Shown here in pieces: positions 40,601-54,759 of a stretch of 64,000 nt of DNA (positions are counted from its first letter, which is position 1; the number at the start of each line of letters is the position of its first letter). Made by a program: the position numbers and the translations under genes. This stretch comes from Eledone cirrhosa (taxonomy: Eukaryota): contig OZ024744.1 in the NCBI GenBank assembly GCA_964016885.1, positions 30,876,001-30,940,000 of the forward strand, read 5' to 3'. The notes below the pieces were generated by a model. The model searched no databases, was not told the origin of the DNA, and was given only the letters and a program-made list of their open reading frames with translations.

Positions 40601-43600
40601 TATACACCAGGTCCAAACACAGAGGAACCAACCTCCCACTGTCACTGCCTCCGTCTCTCCCACTCTCTCACAATCTCTCATGTACACAAGGTCCAAACAC
40701 AGAGGAACCAACCTCCCACTGTCACTGCCTCCGTCTCTCTCACTCTCTCCCTATCTCTCATATACACCAGGTCCAAACACAGAGGAACCACCCTCCCACA
40801 GTCACTGCTTCCGTCTCTCCCACTCTCTCCCTATCTCTCATATACACCAGGTCCAAACACAGAGGAACCAACCTCCCACTGTCACTGCCTCCGTCTCTCA
40901 CTCTCTCCCTATCTCTCATATACACCAGGTCCAAACACAGAGGAACCAACCTCCCACTGTCACTGCTTCCATCTCTCCCACTCACCCTATCTCTCATATA
41001 CACCAGGTTCAAACACAGAGGAACCAACCTCCCACTGTCACTGCCTCCGTCTCTCCCACTCTCTCCCTATCTCTCATATACACCAGGTCTAAACACAGAG
41101 GATCCAACCTCCCACTGTCACTGCCTACGTCTCTCTCACTCTCCCTACCTCTCATATACTCCAGGTCTAAACACAGAGGAACCAACCTCCCACTGTCACT
41201 GCCTCCGTCTCTCCCACTCTCCCTATCTCTCATATAAACCAGGTCCAAACACAGAGGAACCAACCTCACACTGTCACTGCCTACGTCTCTCCCACTCTCT
41301 CCCTATCTCTCATATACACCAGGTCCTAACACAGAGGAACCAACCTCCCACTGTCACTGCCTCCATCTCTCCCACTCTCCCTATCTCTCATATACACCAG
41401 GTCGAAACACAGAGGAACCAACCTCCCACTGTCACTGCCTCCATCTCACCCACTCTCTCCCTATCTCTCATATACACCAGGTCCAAACACAGAGGAACCA
41501 ACCTCCCACTGTCACTGCCTCCGTTACTCCCGCTCTCTCCCTATCTCTTATATACACCAGGTCTAAACACAGAGGTACCAACCTCCCACTGTCACTGACC
41601 ACATCTCTCCCACTCTCTCCCTATCTCTCATATACACCAGGTCCAAACTCAGAGGAACCAACCTCCCACTGTCACTGCCTCCGTCTCTCTCACTCTCTCC
41701 CTATCTCTCATATACAACAGGTCCAAACACAGAGAAACCAACCTCCCATTGTCACTGCCTCCATCTCTCTCCCACTCTCCCTATCTCTCATATACACCAG
41801 GTCCAAACACAGAGGAACCAACCTCCCACTGTCACTACCTCCGTCTCTCCCACTCTCTCCCTATCTCTCATATACAACAGGTCCAAACACAGAGGAACCA
41901 ACCTCCCACTGTCACTGCCTCCATCTCTCCCACTCTCTCCCTATCTCTCATATACACCAGGTCCAAACACAGAGGAACCAACCTCCCACTGTCACTGCCT
42001 CCGTCTCTCTCCCACTCTCTCCCTATCTCTCATATAAATCAGGTCCAAACACAGAGGAACCAAGCTCCCACTGTCACTACCTCCGTCTCTCCCAATCTCT
42101 CCCTATCTCTCATATACACCAAGTCTAAACACGGAGGAACCAACCTCCCACTGTCACTGCCTCCATCTCTCCCACTCTCTCCCTATCTCTCATATACACC
42201 AGGTCCAAACACAGAGGAACCAACCTCCCACTGTCACTGCCTCCGTCTCTCTCCCACTCTCTCCCTATCTCTCATATAAATCCGGTCCAAACACAGAGGA
42301 ACCAACCTGCCACTGTCACTGCCTCCGTCTCTCCCACTCTCTCCCTATCTCTCATATACACCAGGTCCAAACACAGAGGATCCAACCACCCAATGTCACT
42401 GCCTCCATCTCTCCCACTCTCTCCCTATCTCTCCTATACACCAGGGCCAAACACAGAGGAACCAACCTCCCACTGTCTCTGCCACTGTCTCTCCCACTCT
42501 CCCTATCTCTCATATACACCAGGTCTAAACACAAAGGAACCAACCTCCCACTGTCACTGCCTCCATCTCTCCCACTCACTCCCTATCTCTCATATACACC
42601 AGGTCTAAACACAGAGGAACCAACCTCCCACTGTCACTGCCTCCATCTCTCCCACTCTCACCCTATCTCTCATATACACCAGGTCCAAACACAGAGGAAC
42701 CAACCTCCCACTGTCACTTCCTCCATCTCTCCCACTCTCTCCCTATCTCTCATATACACCAGGTCCAAACACAGAGGAACCAACCTCCCACTGTCACTGC
42801 CTACGTCTCTCCCACTCTCACCCTATCTCTCATATACACCAGGTCTAAACACAGAGGAACCAACCTCCCACTGTCACTGAATCCGTCTCTCTCACTCTCT
42901 CCCTATCTCTCATATACACCAGGTCCAAACACAGAGGAACCAACATCCCACTGTCACTGCCTCCGTCTCTCTCACTCTCTCCCTATCTCTCATATACACC
43001 AGGTCCAAACACAGAGGAACCAACCTCCCACTGTCACTGCCTCCGTCTCTCTCACTCTCCCTATCTCTCATATACACCAGGTCTAAACACAGAGGAACCA
43101 ACCTCCCACTGTCACTGCCTCCGCCTCTCCCACTCTCTCCCTATCTCTCATATACACCAGGTCTAAACACAGAGGAACCAACCTCCCACTGTCACTGCCT
43201 CCGCCTCTCCCACTCTCTCCCTCTCTCTCATATACGCCAGGTCCAAACACAGAGGAACCAACCTCCCACTGTCCCTGCCACCATCTCACTCACTCTCTCC
43301 CTATCTCTCATATAAACCAGGTCCAAACACAGAGGAACCAACCTCCCAATGTCACTGCCTCCGTCTCTCTCTCACACTCCCTATCTCTCATATACACCAG
43401 GTCCAAACACAGAGGAACCAACCTCCCACTGTCACTGAATCCGTCTCTCTCACTCTCTCCCTATCTCTCATATACACCAGGTCCAAACACAGTGGAATCA
43501 ACCTCCCACTGTCACAGCCTCCGTCTCTCCCACTCTCTCCCCATCCTCATATACACCAGGTCCAAACACAGAGGAACCAACCTCCCACTGTCACTGCCTC

Positions 43601-45179
43601 CATTTCTCCCATTCTCTCACTATCTCTCATATACACCAGGTCCAAAGACAGAGGAACCAACCTCCCACTGTCACTGCCTCCATCTCTCCCACTCTCTCCC
43701 TATCTCTCATATACACCAGGTCCAAACACAGAGGAACCAACCTCCCACTGTCACTGCCTCCATCTCTCCCACTCTCTCCCTATCTCTCATATACACCAGG
43801 TCCAAACACAGAGGAACCAACCTCCCACTGTCACTGCCTCCGTCTCTCCCGCTCTCTCCCTATCTCTTATATACACCAGGTCTAAACACAGAGGAACCAA
43901 CCTCCCACTGTCACTGCCTCCGTCTCTCCCACTCTCTCCCTATCTCTCATACACAACAGGTCCAAACACAGAGGAACCAACCTCCCACTGTCACTGCCTC
44001 CATCTCTCCCACTCTCTCCCTATCTCTCATATACACCAGGTCCAAACACAGAGGAACCAACCTCCCACTGTCACTGCCTCCGTCTCTCTCCCACTCTCTC
44101 CCTATCTCTCATATAAATCAGGTCCAAACACAGAGGAACCAACCTCCCACTGTCACTGCATCCGTCTCTCCCACACTCTCCCTATCTCTAATATACACCG
44201 GGTCTAAACACAGAGGAACCAACCTCCCACTGTCACTGCCTCCATCTCTCCCACTCTCTCCCTATCTCTCATATACACCAGGTCCAAACACAGAGGAACC
44301 AACCTCCCACTGTCACTGCCTCCGTCTCTCTCACTCTCTCCCTATCTCTCATATACACCAGGTCCAAACACAGAGGAACCAACCTCCCACTGTCACTGCC
44401 TCCGTCTCTCTCACTCTCTCCCTATCTCTCATATACACCAGGTCCAAACACAGAGGAACCAACCTCCCACTGTCACTGCCTCCGTCTCTCCCACTCTCTC
44501 CCTATCTCTCATATACACCAGGTCGAAACACAGAGGAACCAACCTCCCACTGTCACTGCCTCCATTTCTCCCACTCTCTCACTATCTCTCATATTCACCA
44601 GGTCCAAACACAGAGGAACCAACCTCCCACTGTCACTGCCTCCGTCTCTCACTCTCTCCCTATCTCTCATATACACCAGGTCCAAACACAGAGGAACCAA
44701 CCTCCCACTGTCACTGCCTCCGTCTCTCTCACTCTCCCTATCTCTCATATACACCAGGTCCAAACACAGAGGAACCAACATCCCACTGTCACTGCCTCCG
44801 TCTCTCTCACTCTCCCTATCTCTCATATACACCAGGTCCAAACACAGAGGAACCAACCTCCCACTGTCACTGCCTCTGTCTCTCTCACTCTCTCCCTATC
44901 TCTCCCACTCTCTCCCTCTCTCTCATATACACCAGGTCCAAACACAGAGGAACCAACCTCCCACTGTCACTGCCACCATCTCTCCCACTCTCTCCCTATC
45001 TCTCATATACACCAGGTCCAAACACAGAGGAAACAACCTCCCACTGTCACTGCCTCCATCTCACTCACTCTCTCCCTATCTCTCATATAAACCAGGTCCA
45101 AACAAAGAGGAACCAACCTCCCAATGTCACTGCCTCCGTCTCTCTCTCACACTCCCTATCTCTCATATACACCAGGTCC

Positions 45180-48100
45180 AAACACAGAGGAACCAACCTC
45201 CCACTGTCACTGAATCCGTCTCTCCCACTCTCTCAAAATCTCTCATATACACCAGGTCGAAACACAGAGGAACCAACCTCCCACTGTCACTGCCTCCATC
45301 TCTCTCACTCTCTCCCTATCTCTCATATACACCAGGTCCAAACACAGAGGAACCAACCTCCCACTGTCACTGCCTCCGTCTCTCCCACTCTCTCACAATC
45401 TCTCATGTACACCAGGTCCAAACACAGAGGAACCAACCACCCACTGTCACTGCCTCCGTCTCTCTCACTCTCTCCCTATCTCTCATATACACCAGGTCCA
45501 AACACAGAGGAACCAGCCTCCCACAGTCACTGCTTCCGTCTCTCCCACTCTCTCCCTATCTCTCATATACACCAGGTCCAAACACAGAGGAACCAACCTC
45601 CCACTGTCACTGCCTCCGTCTCTCACTCTCTCCCTATCTCTCATATACACCAGGTCCAAACACAGAGGAACCAACCTCCCACTGTCACTGCCTCCGTCTC
45701 TCCCGCTCTCTCCCTATCTCTTATATACACCAGGTCTAAACACAGAGGTACCAACCTCCCACTGTCACTGACCACATCTCTCCCACTCTCTCCCTATCTC
45801 TCATATACACCAGGTCCAAACTCAGAGGAACCAACCTCCCACTGTCACTGCCTCCGTCTCTCTCCCACTCTCCCTATCTCTCATATACAACAGGTCCAAA
45901 CACAGAGAAACCAACCTCCCATTGTCACTGCCTCCATCTCTCTCCCACTCTCCCTATCTCTCATATACACCAGGTCCAAACACAGAGGAACCAACCTCCC
46001 ACTGTCACTACCTCCGTCTCTCCCACTCTCTCCCTATCTCTCATATACAACAGGTCCAAACACAGAGGAACCAACCTCCCACTGTCACTGCCTCCATCTC
46101 TCCCACTCTCTCCCTATCTCTCATATACACCAGGTCCAAACACAGAGGAACCAACCTCCCACTGTCACTGCCTCCGTCTCTCTCCCACTCTCTCCCTATC
46201 TCTCATATAAATCAGGTCCAAACACAGAGGAACCAAGCTCCCACTGTCACTGCCTCCGTCTCTCCCAATCTCTCCCTATCTCTCATATACACCAAGTCTA
46301 AACACGGAGGAACCAACCTCCCACTGTCACTGCCTCCATCTCTCCCACTCTCTCCCTATCTCTCATATACACCAGGTCCAAACACAGAGGAACCAACCTC
46401 CCACTGTCACTGCCTCCGTCTCTCTCCCACTCTCTCCCTATCTCTCATATAAATCCGGTCCAAACACAGAGGAACCAACCTGCCACTGTCACTGCCTCCG
46501 TCTCTCCCACTCTCTCCCTATCTCTCATATACACCAGGTCCAAACACAGAGGATCCAACCACCCAATGTCACTGCCTCCATCTCTCCCACTCTCTCCCTA
46601 TCTCTCCTATACACCAGGGCCAAACACAGAGGAACCAACCTCCCACTGTCTCTGCCACTGTCTCTCCCACTCTCCCTATCTCTCATATACACCAGGTCTA
46701 AACACAAAGGAACCAACCTCCCACTGTCACTGCCTCCATCTCTCCCACTCACTCCCTATCTCTCATATACACCAGGTCTAAACACAGAGGAACCAACCTC
46801 CCACTGTCACTGCCTCCATCTCTCCCACTCTCACCCTATCTCTCATATACACCAGGTCCAAACACAGAGGAACCAACCTCCCACTGTCACTTCCTCCATC
46901 TCTCCCACTCTCTCCCTATCTCTCATATACACCAGGTCCAAACACAGAGGAACCAACCTCCCACTGTCACTGCCTACGTCTCTCCCACTCTCACCCTATC
47001 TCTCATATACACCAGGTCTAAACACAGAGGAACCAACCTCCCACTGTCACTGACACCGTCTCTCCCACTCTCTCCCTATCTCTCATATACACCAGGTCCA
47101 AACACAGAGGAACCAACATCCCACTGTCACTGCCTCCGTCTCTCTCACTCTCTCCCTATCTCTCATATACACCAGGTCCAAACACAGAGGAACCAACCTC
47201 CCACTGTCACTGCCTCCGTCTCTCTCACTCTCCCTATCTCTCATATACACCAGGTCTAAACACAGAGGAACCAACCTCCCACTGTCACTGCCTCCGCCTC
47301 TCCCACTCTCTCCCTATCTCTCATATACACCAGGTCTAAACACAGAGGAACCAACCTCCCACTGTCACTGCCTCCGCCTCTCCCACTCTCTCCCTCTCTC
47401 TCATATACACCAGGTCCAAACACAGAGGAACCAACCTCCCACTGTCCCTGCCACCATCTCACTCACTCTCTCCCTATCTCTCATATAACCAGGTCCAAAC
47501 ACAGAGGAACCAACCTCCCAATGTCACTGCCTCCGTCTCTCTCTCACACTCCCTATCTCTCATATACACCAGGTCCAAACACAGAGGAACCAACCTCCCA
47601 CTGTCACTGAATCCGTCTCTCTCACTCTCTCCCTATCTCTCATATACACCAGGTCCAAACACAGAGGAACCAACCTCCCACTGTCACTGCCTCCGTCTCT
47701 CCCGCTCTCTCCCTATCTCTTATATACACCAGGTCTAAACACAGAGGTACCAACCTCCCACTGTCACTGACCACATCTCTCCCACTCTCTCCCTATCTCT
47801 CATATACACCAGGTCCAAACTCAGAGGAACCAACCTCCCACTGTCACTGCCTCCGTCTCTCTCACTCTCTCCCTATCTCTCATATACAACAGGTCCAAAC
47901 ACAGAGGAACCAACCTCCCATTGTCATTGCCTCCATCTCTCTCCCACTCTCCCTATCTCTCATATACACCAGGTCCAAACACAGAGGAACCAACCTCCCA
48001 CTGTCACTACCTCCGTCTCTCCCACTCTCTCCCTATCTCTCATATACAACAGGTCCAAACACAGAGGAACCAACCTCCCACTGTCACTGCCTCCATCTCT

Positions 48101-51100
48101 CCCACTCTCTCCCTATCTCTCATACACACCAGGTCCAAACACAGAGAAACCAACCTCCCACTGTCACTGCCTCCGTCTCTCTCCCACTCTCTCCCTATCT
48201 CTCATATAAATCAGGTCCAAACACAGAGGAACCAACCTCCCACTGTCACTGCCTCTGTCTCTCCCACTCTCTCCCTATCTCTCATATACACCAAGTCTAA
48301 ACACAGAGGAACCAACCTCCCACTGTCACTGCCTCCATCTCTCCCACTCTCTCCCTATCTCTCATATACACCAGGTCCAAACACAGAGGAACCAACCTCC
48401 CACTGTCACTGCCTCTGTCTCTCTCCCACTCTCTCCCTATCACTCATATAAATCCGGTCCAAACACAGAGGAACCAACCTGCCACTGTCACTGCCTCCGT
48501 CTCTCACACTCTCTCCCTATCTCTCATATACACCAGGTCCAAACACAGAGGAACCAACCTCCCACTGTCACTGAATCCGTCTCTCCCACTCTCTCAAAAT
48601 CTCTCATATACACCAGGTCGAAACACAGAGGAACCAACCTCCCACTGTCACTGCCTCCATCTCTCTCACTCTCTCCCTATCTCTCATATACACCAGGTCC
48701 AAACACAGAGGAACCAACCTCCCACTGTCACTGCCTCCGTCTCTCCCACTCTCTCACAATCTCTCATGTACACCAGGTCCAAACACAGAGGAACCAACCA
48801 CCCACTGTCACTGCCTCCGTCTCTCTCACTCTCTCCCTATCTCTCATATACACCAGGTCCAAACACAGAGGAACCAGCCTCCCACAGTCACTGCTTCCGT
48901 CTCTCCCACTCTCTCCCTATCTCTCATATACACCAGGTCCAAACACAGAGGAACCAACCTCCCACTGTCACTGCCTCCGTCTCTCACTCTCTCCCTATCT
49001 CTCATATACACCAGGTCCAAACACAGAGGAACCAACCTCCCACTGTCACTGCCTCCGTCTCTCCCGCTCTCTCCCTATCTCTTATATACACCAGGTCTAA
49101 ACACAGAGGTACCAACCTCCCACTGTCACTGACCACATCTCTCCCACTCTCTCCCTATCTCTCATATACACCAGGTCCAAACTCAGAGGAACCAACCTCC
49201 CACTGTCACTGCCTCCGTCTCTCTCCCACTCTCCCTATCTCTCATATACAACAGGTCCAAACACAGAGAAACCAACCTCCCATTGTCACTGCCTCCATCT
49301 CTCTCCCACTCTCCCTATCTCTCATATACACCAGGTCCAAACACAGAGGAACCAACCTCCCACTGTCACTACCTCCGTCTCTCCCACTCTCTCCCTATCT
49401 CTCATATACAACAGGTCCAAACACAGAGGAACCAACCTCCCACTGTCACTGCCTCCATCTCTCCCACTCTCTCCCTATCTCTCATATACACCAGGTCCAA
49501 ACACAGAGGAACCAACCTCCCACTGTCACTGCCTCCGTCTCTCTCCCACTCTCTCCCTATCTCTCATATAAATCAGGTCCAAACACAGAGGAACCAAGCT
49601 CCCACTGTCACTGCCTCCGTCTCTCCCAATCTCTCCCTATCTCTCATATACACCAAGTCTAAACACGGAGGAACCAACCTCCCACTGTCAGTGCCTCCAT
49701 CTCTCCCACTCTCTCCCTATCTCTCATATACACCAGGTCCAAACACAGAGGAACCAACCTCCCACTGTCACTGCCTCCGTCTCTCTCCCACTCTCTCCCT
49801 ATCTCTCATATAAATCCGGTCCAAACACAGAGGAACCAACCTGCCACTGTCACTGCCTCCGTCTCTCCCACTCTCTCCCTATCTCTCATATACACCAGGT
49901 CCAAACACAGAGGATCCAACCACCCAATGTCACTGCCTCCATCTCTCCCACTCTCTCCCTATCTCTCCTATACACCAGGGCCAAACACAGAGGAACCAAC
50001 CTCCCACTGTCTCTGCCACTGTCTCTCCCACTCTCCCTATCTCTCATATACACCAGGTCTAAACACAAAGGAACCAACCTCCCACTGTCACTGCCTCCAT
50101 CTCTCCCACTCACTCCCTATCTCTCATATACACCAGGTCTAAACACAGAGGAACCAACCTCCCACTGTCACTGCCTCCATCTCTCCCACTCTCACCCTAC
50201 CTCTCATATACACCAGGTCCAAACACAGAGGAACCAACCTCCCACTGTCACTTCCTCCATCTCTCCCACTCTCTCCCTATCTCTCATATACACCAGGTCC
50301 AAACACAGAGGAACCAACCTCCCACTGTCACTGCCTACGTCTCTCCCACTCTCACCCTATCTCTCATATACACCAGGTCTAAACACAGAGGAACCAACCT
50401 CCCACTGTCACTGACACCGTCTCTCCCACTCTCTCCCTATCTCTCATATACACCAGGTCCAAACACAGAGGAACCAACATCCCACTGTCACTGCCTCCGT
50501 CTCTCTCACTCTCTCCCTATCTCTCATATACACCAGGTCCAAACACAGAGGAACCAACCTCCCACTGTCACTGCCTCCGTCTCTCTCACTCTCCCTATCT
50601 CTCATATACACCAGGTCTAAACACAGAGGAACCAACCTCCCACTGTCACTGCCTCCGCCTCTCCCACTCTCTCCCTATCTCTCATATACACCAGGTCTAA
50701 ACACAGAGGAACCAACCTCCCACTGTCACTGCCTCCGCCTCTCCCACTCTCTCCCTCTCTCTCATATACACCAGGTCCAAACACAGAGGAACCAACCTCC
50801 CACTGTCCCTGCCACCATCTCACTCACTCTCTCCCTATCTCTCATATAACCAGGTCCAAACACAGAGGAACCAACCTCCCAATGTCACTGCCTCCGTCTC
50901 TCTCTCACACTCCCTATCTCTCATATACACCAGGTCCAAACACAGAGGAACCAACCTCCCACTGTCACTGAATCCGTCTCTCTCACTCTCTCCCTATCTC
51001 TCATATACACCAGGTCCAAACACAGAGGAACCAACCTCCCACTGTCACTGCCTCCGTCTCTCCCGCTCTCTCCCTATCTCTTATATACACCAGGTCTAAA

Positions 51101-51900
51101 CACAGAGGTACCAACCTCCCACTGTCACTGACCACATCTCTCCCACTCTCTCCCTATCTCTCATATACACCAGGTCCAAACTCAGAGGAACCAACCTCCC
51201 ACTGTCACTGCCTCCGTCTCTCTCACTCTCTCCCTATCTCTCATATACAACAGGTCCAAACACAGAGGAACCAACCTCCCATTGTCATTGCCTCCATCTC
51301 TCTCCCACTCTCCCTATCTCTCATATACACCAGGTCCAAACACAGAGGAACCAACCTCCCACTGTCACTACCTCCGTCTCTCCCACTCTCTCCCTATCTC
51401 TCATATACAACAGGTCCAAACACAGAGGAACCAACCTCCCACTGTCACTGCCTCCATCTCTCCCACTCTCTCCCTATCTCTCATACACACCAGGTCCAAA
51501 CACAGAGAAACCAACCTCCCACTGTCACTGCCTCCGTCTCTCTCCCACTCTCTCCCTATCTCTCATATAAATCAGGTCCAAACACAGAGGAACCAACCTC
51601 CCACTGTCACTGCCTCTGTCTCTCCCACTCTCTCCCTATCTCTCATATACACCAAGTCTAAACACAGAGGAACCAACCTCCCACTGTCACTGCCTCCATC
51701 TCTCCCACTCTCTCCCTATCTCTCATATACACCAGGTCCAAACACAGAGGAACCAACCTCCCACTGTCACTGCCTCTGTCTCTCTCCCACTCTCTCCCTA
51801 TCACTCATATAAATCCGGTCCAAACACAGAGGAACCAACCTGCCACTGTCACTGCCTCCGTCTCTCACACTCTCTCCCTATCTCTCATATACACCAGGTC
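45180..51900 (+). repeat. 3361-bp (~42-monomer) tandem duplication, 2 copies
   Basis: ORF pairs 45405/48766, 45922/49283, 46525/49886, 47256/50617 and 47921/51282 are all offset by 3361. Confidence 0.92.
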
Positions 51901-54759
51901 CAAACACAGAGGATCCAACCACCCACTGTCACTGCCTCCATCTCTCCCACTCTCTCCCTATCTCTCCTATACACCAGGGCTAAACACAGAGGAACCAACC
52001 TCCCACTGTCTCTGCGACTGTCTCTACCACTCTCCCTCTCTCTCATATACACCAGGTCTAAACACAAAGGAACCAACCTCCCACTGTCACTGCCTCCATC
52101 TCTCCCACTCACTCCCTATCTCTCATATACACCAGGTCTAAACATAGAGGAACCAACCTCCCACTGTCACTGCCTCCATCTCTCCCACTCTCACCCTATC
52201 TCTCATATACACCAGGTCCAAACACAGAGGAACCAACCTCCCACTGTCACTGCCTCCATCTCTCCCACTCTCTCCCTATCTCTCATATACACCAGGTGTA
52301 AACACGGAGGAACCAACCTCCCACTGTCACTGACACCGTCTCTCCCACTCTCTCCCTATCTCTCATATACACCAGGTCCAAACACAGAGGAACCAACATC
52401 CCACTGTCGCTGCCTCCGTCTCTCCCACTCTCTCCCTACCTCTCATATACACCAGGTCCAAACACAGAGGAACCAACCTCCCACTGTCACTGCCTCCGTC
52501 TCTCTCACTCTCTCCCTATCTCTCATATACACCAGGTCCAAACACAGAGGAACCAACCTCCCACTGTCACTGCCTCCGTCTCTCTCACTCTCCCTATCTC
52601 TCATATACACCAGGTCTAAACACAGAGGAACCAACCTCCCACTGTCACTGCCTCCGCCTCTCCCACCCTCTCCCTATCTCTCATATACACCAGGTCTAAA
52701 CACAGAGGAACCAACCACCCACTGTCCCTGCCTCCGCCCCTCCCACCCTCTCCCTATCTCTCATATACACCAGGTCTAAACACAGAGGAACCAACCTCCC
52801 ACTGTCACTGCCTCCGTCTCTCCCACTCTCTCCCTCTCTCTCATATACACCAGGTCCAAACACAGAGGAAACAACCTCCCACTGTCACTGCCTCCATCTC
52901 ACTCACTCTCTCCCTATCTCTCATATAAACCAGGTCCAAACACAGAGGAACCAACCTCCCAATGTCACTGCCTCCGTCTCTCTCTCACACTCCCTATCTC
53001 TCATATACACTAGGTCCAAACACAGAGGAAACAACCTCCCACTGTCACTGAATCCGTCTCTCCCACTCTCTCACAATCTCTCATATACACCAGGTCGAAA
53101 CACAGAGGAACCAACCTCCCACTGTCACTGCCTCCATCTCTCTCACTCTCTCCCTATCTCTCATATAAACCAGGTCCAAACACAGAGGAACCAACCTCCC
53201 ACTGTCACTGCCTCTGTCTCTCCCACTCTCTCCCTATCTCTCATATACACCAGGTCCAAACACAGAGGAACCAACCTCCCACTGTCACTGCCTCCGTCTC
53301 GCACTCTCTCCCTATCTCTCATATACACCAGGTCCAAACACAGAGGAACCAACCTCCCACTGTCACTGCTTCCATCTCTCCCACTCTCCCTATCTCTCAT
53401 ATACACCAGGTTCAAACACAGAGGAACCAACCTCCCACTGTCACTGCCTCCGTCTCTCCCACTCTCTCCCTATCTCTCATATACACCAGGTCTAAACACA
53501 GAGGATCCAACCTCCCACTGTCACTGCCTACGTCTCTCTCACTCTCCCTACCTCTCATATACACCAGGTCTAAACACAGAGGAACCAACCTCCCACTGTC
53601 ACTGCCTCCGTCTCTCCCACTCTCTCCCTATCTCTCATATACTCCAGGTCCAAACACAGAGGAACCAACCTCCCACTGTCTCTGCCTACGTCTCTCCCAC
53701 TCTCCCTATCTCTCATATAAACCAGGTCCAAACACAGAGGAACCAACCTCACACTGTCACTGCCTACGTCTCTCCCACTCTCTTCCTATCTCTCATATAC
53801 ACCAGGTCCTAACACAGAGGAACCAACCTCCCACCGTCACTGCCTCCATCTCTCCCACTCTCTCCCTATCTCTCATATACACCAGGTCCAAACACAGAGG
53901 AACCAACCTCCCACTGTCACTGCCTCCGTCTCTCTCCCACTCTCTCCCTATCTCTCATATAAATCAGGTCCAAACACAGAGGAACCAACCTCCCACTGTC
54001 ACTGCCTCCGTCTCTCCCACTCTCTCCCTATCTCTCATATACACCAAGTCTAAACACAGAGGAACCAACCTCCCACTGTCACTGCCTCCATCTCTCCCAC
54101 TCTCTCCCTATCTCTCATATACACCAGGTCCAAACACAGAGGAACCAACCTCCCACTGTCACTGCCTCCGTCTCTCTCCCACTCTCTCCCTATCTCTCAT
54201 ATAAATCCGGTCCAAACACAGAGGAACCAACCTGCCACTGTCACTGCATCCATCTCTCCCACTCTCTCCCTATCTCTCCTATACACCAGGGCCAAACACA
54301 GAGGAACCAACCTCCCACTGTCTCTGCCACTGTCTTCCCCACTCTCCCTATCTCTCATATACACCAGGTCTAAACACAAAGGAACCAACCTCCCACTGTC
54401 ACTGCCTCCGTCTCTCCCACTCTCTCCCTATCTCTCATATACACCAGGTCGAAACACAGAGGAACCAAACTCCCACTGTCACTGCCTCCATTTCTCCCAC
54501 TCTCTCACTATCTCTCATATTCACCAGGTCCAAACACAGAGGAACCAACCTCCCACTGTCACTGCCTCCGTCTCTCACTCTCTCCCTATCTCTCATATAC
54601 ACCAGGTCCAAACACAGAGGAACCAACCTCCCACTGTCACTGCCTCCGTCTCTCTCACTCTCCCTATCTCTCATATACACCAGGTCCAAACACAGAGGAA
54701 CCAACCTCCCACTGTCACTGCCTCCGTCTCTCTCACTCTCCCTATCTCTCATATAGACC

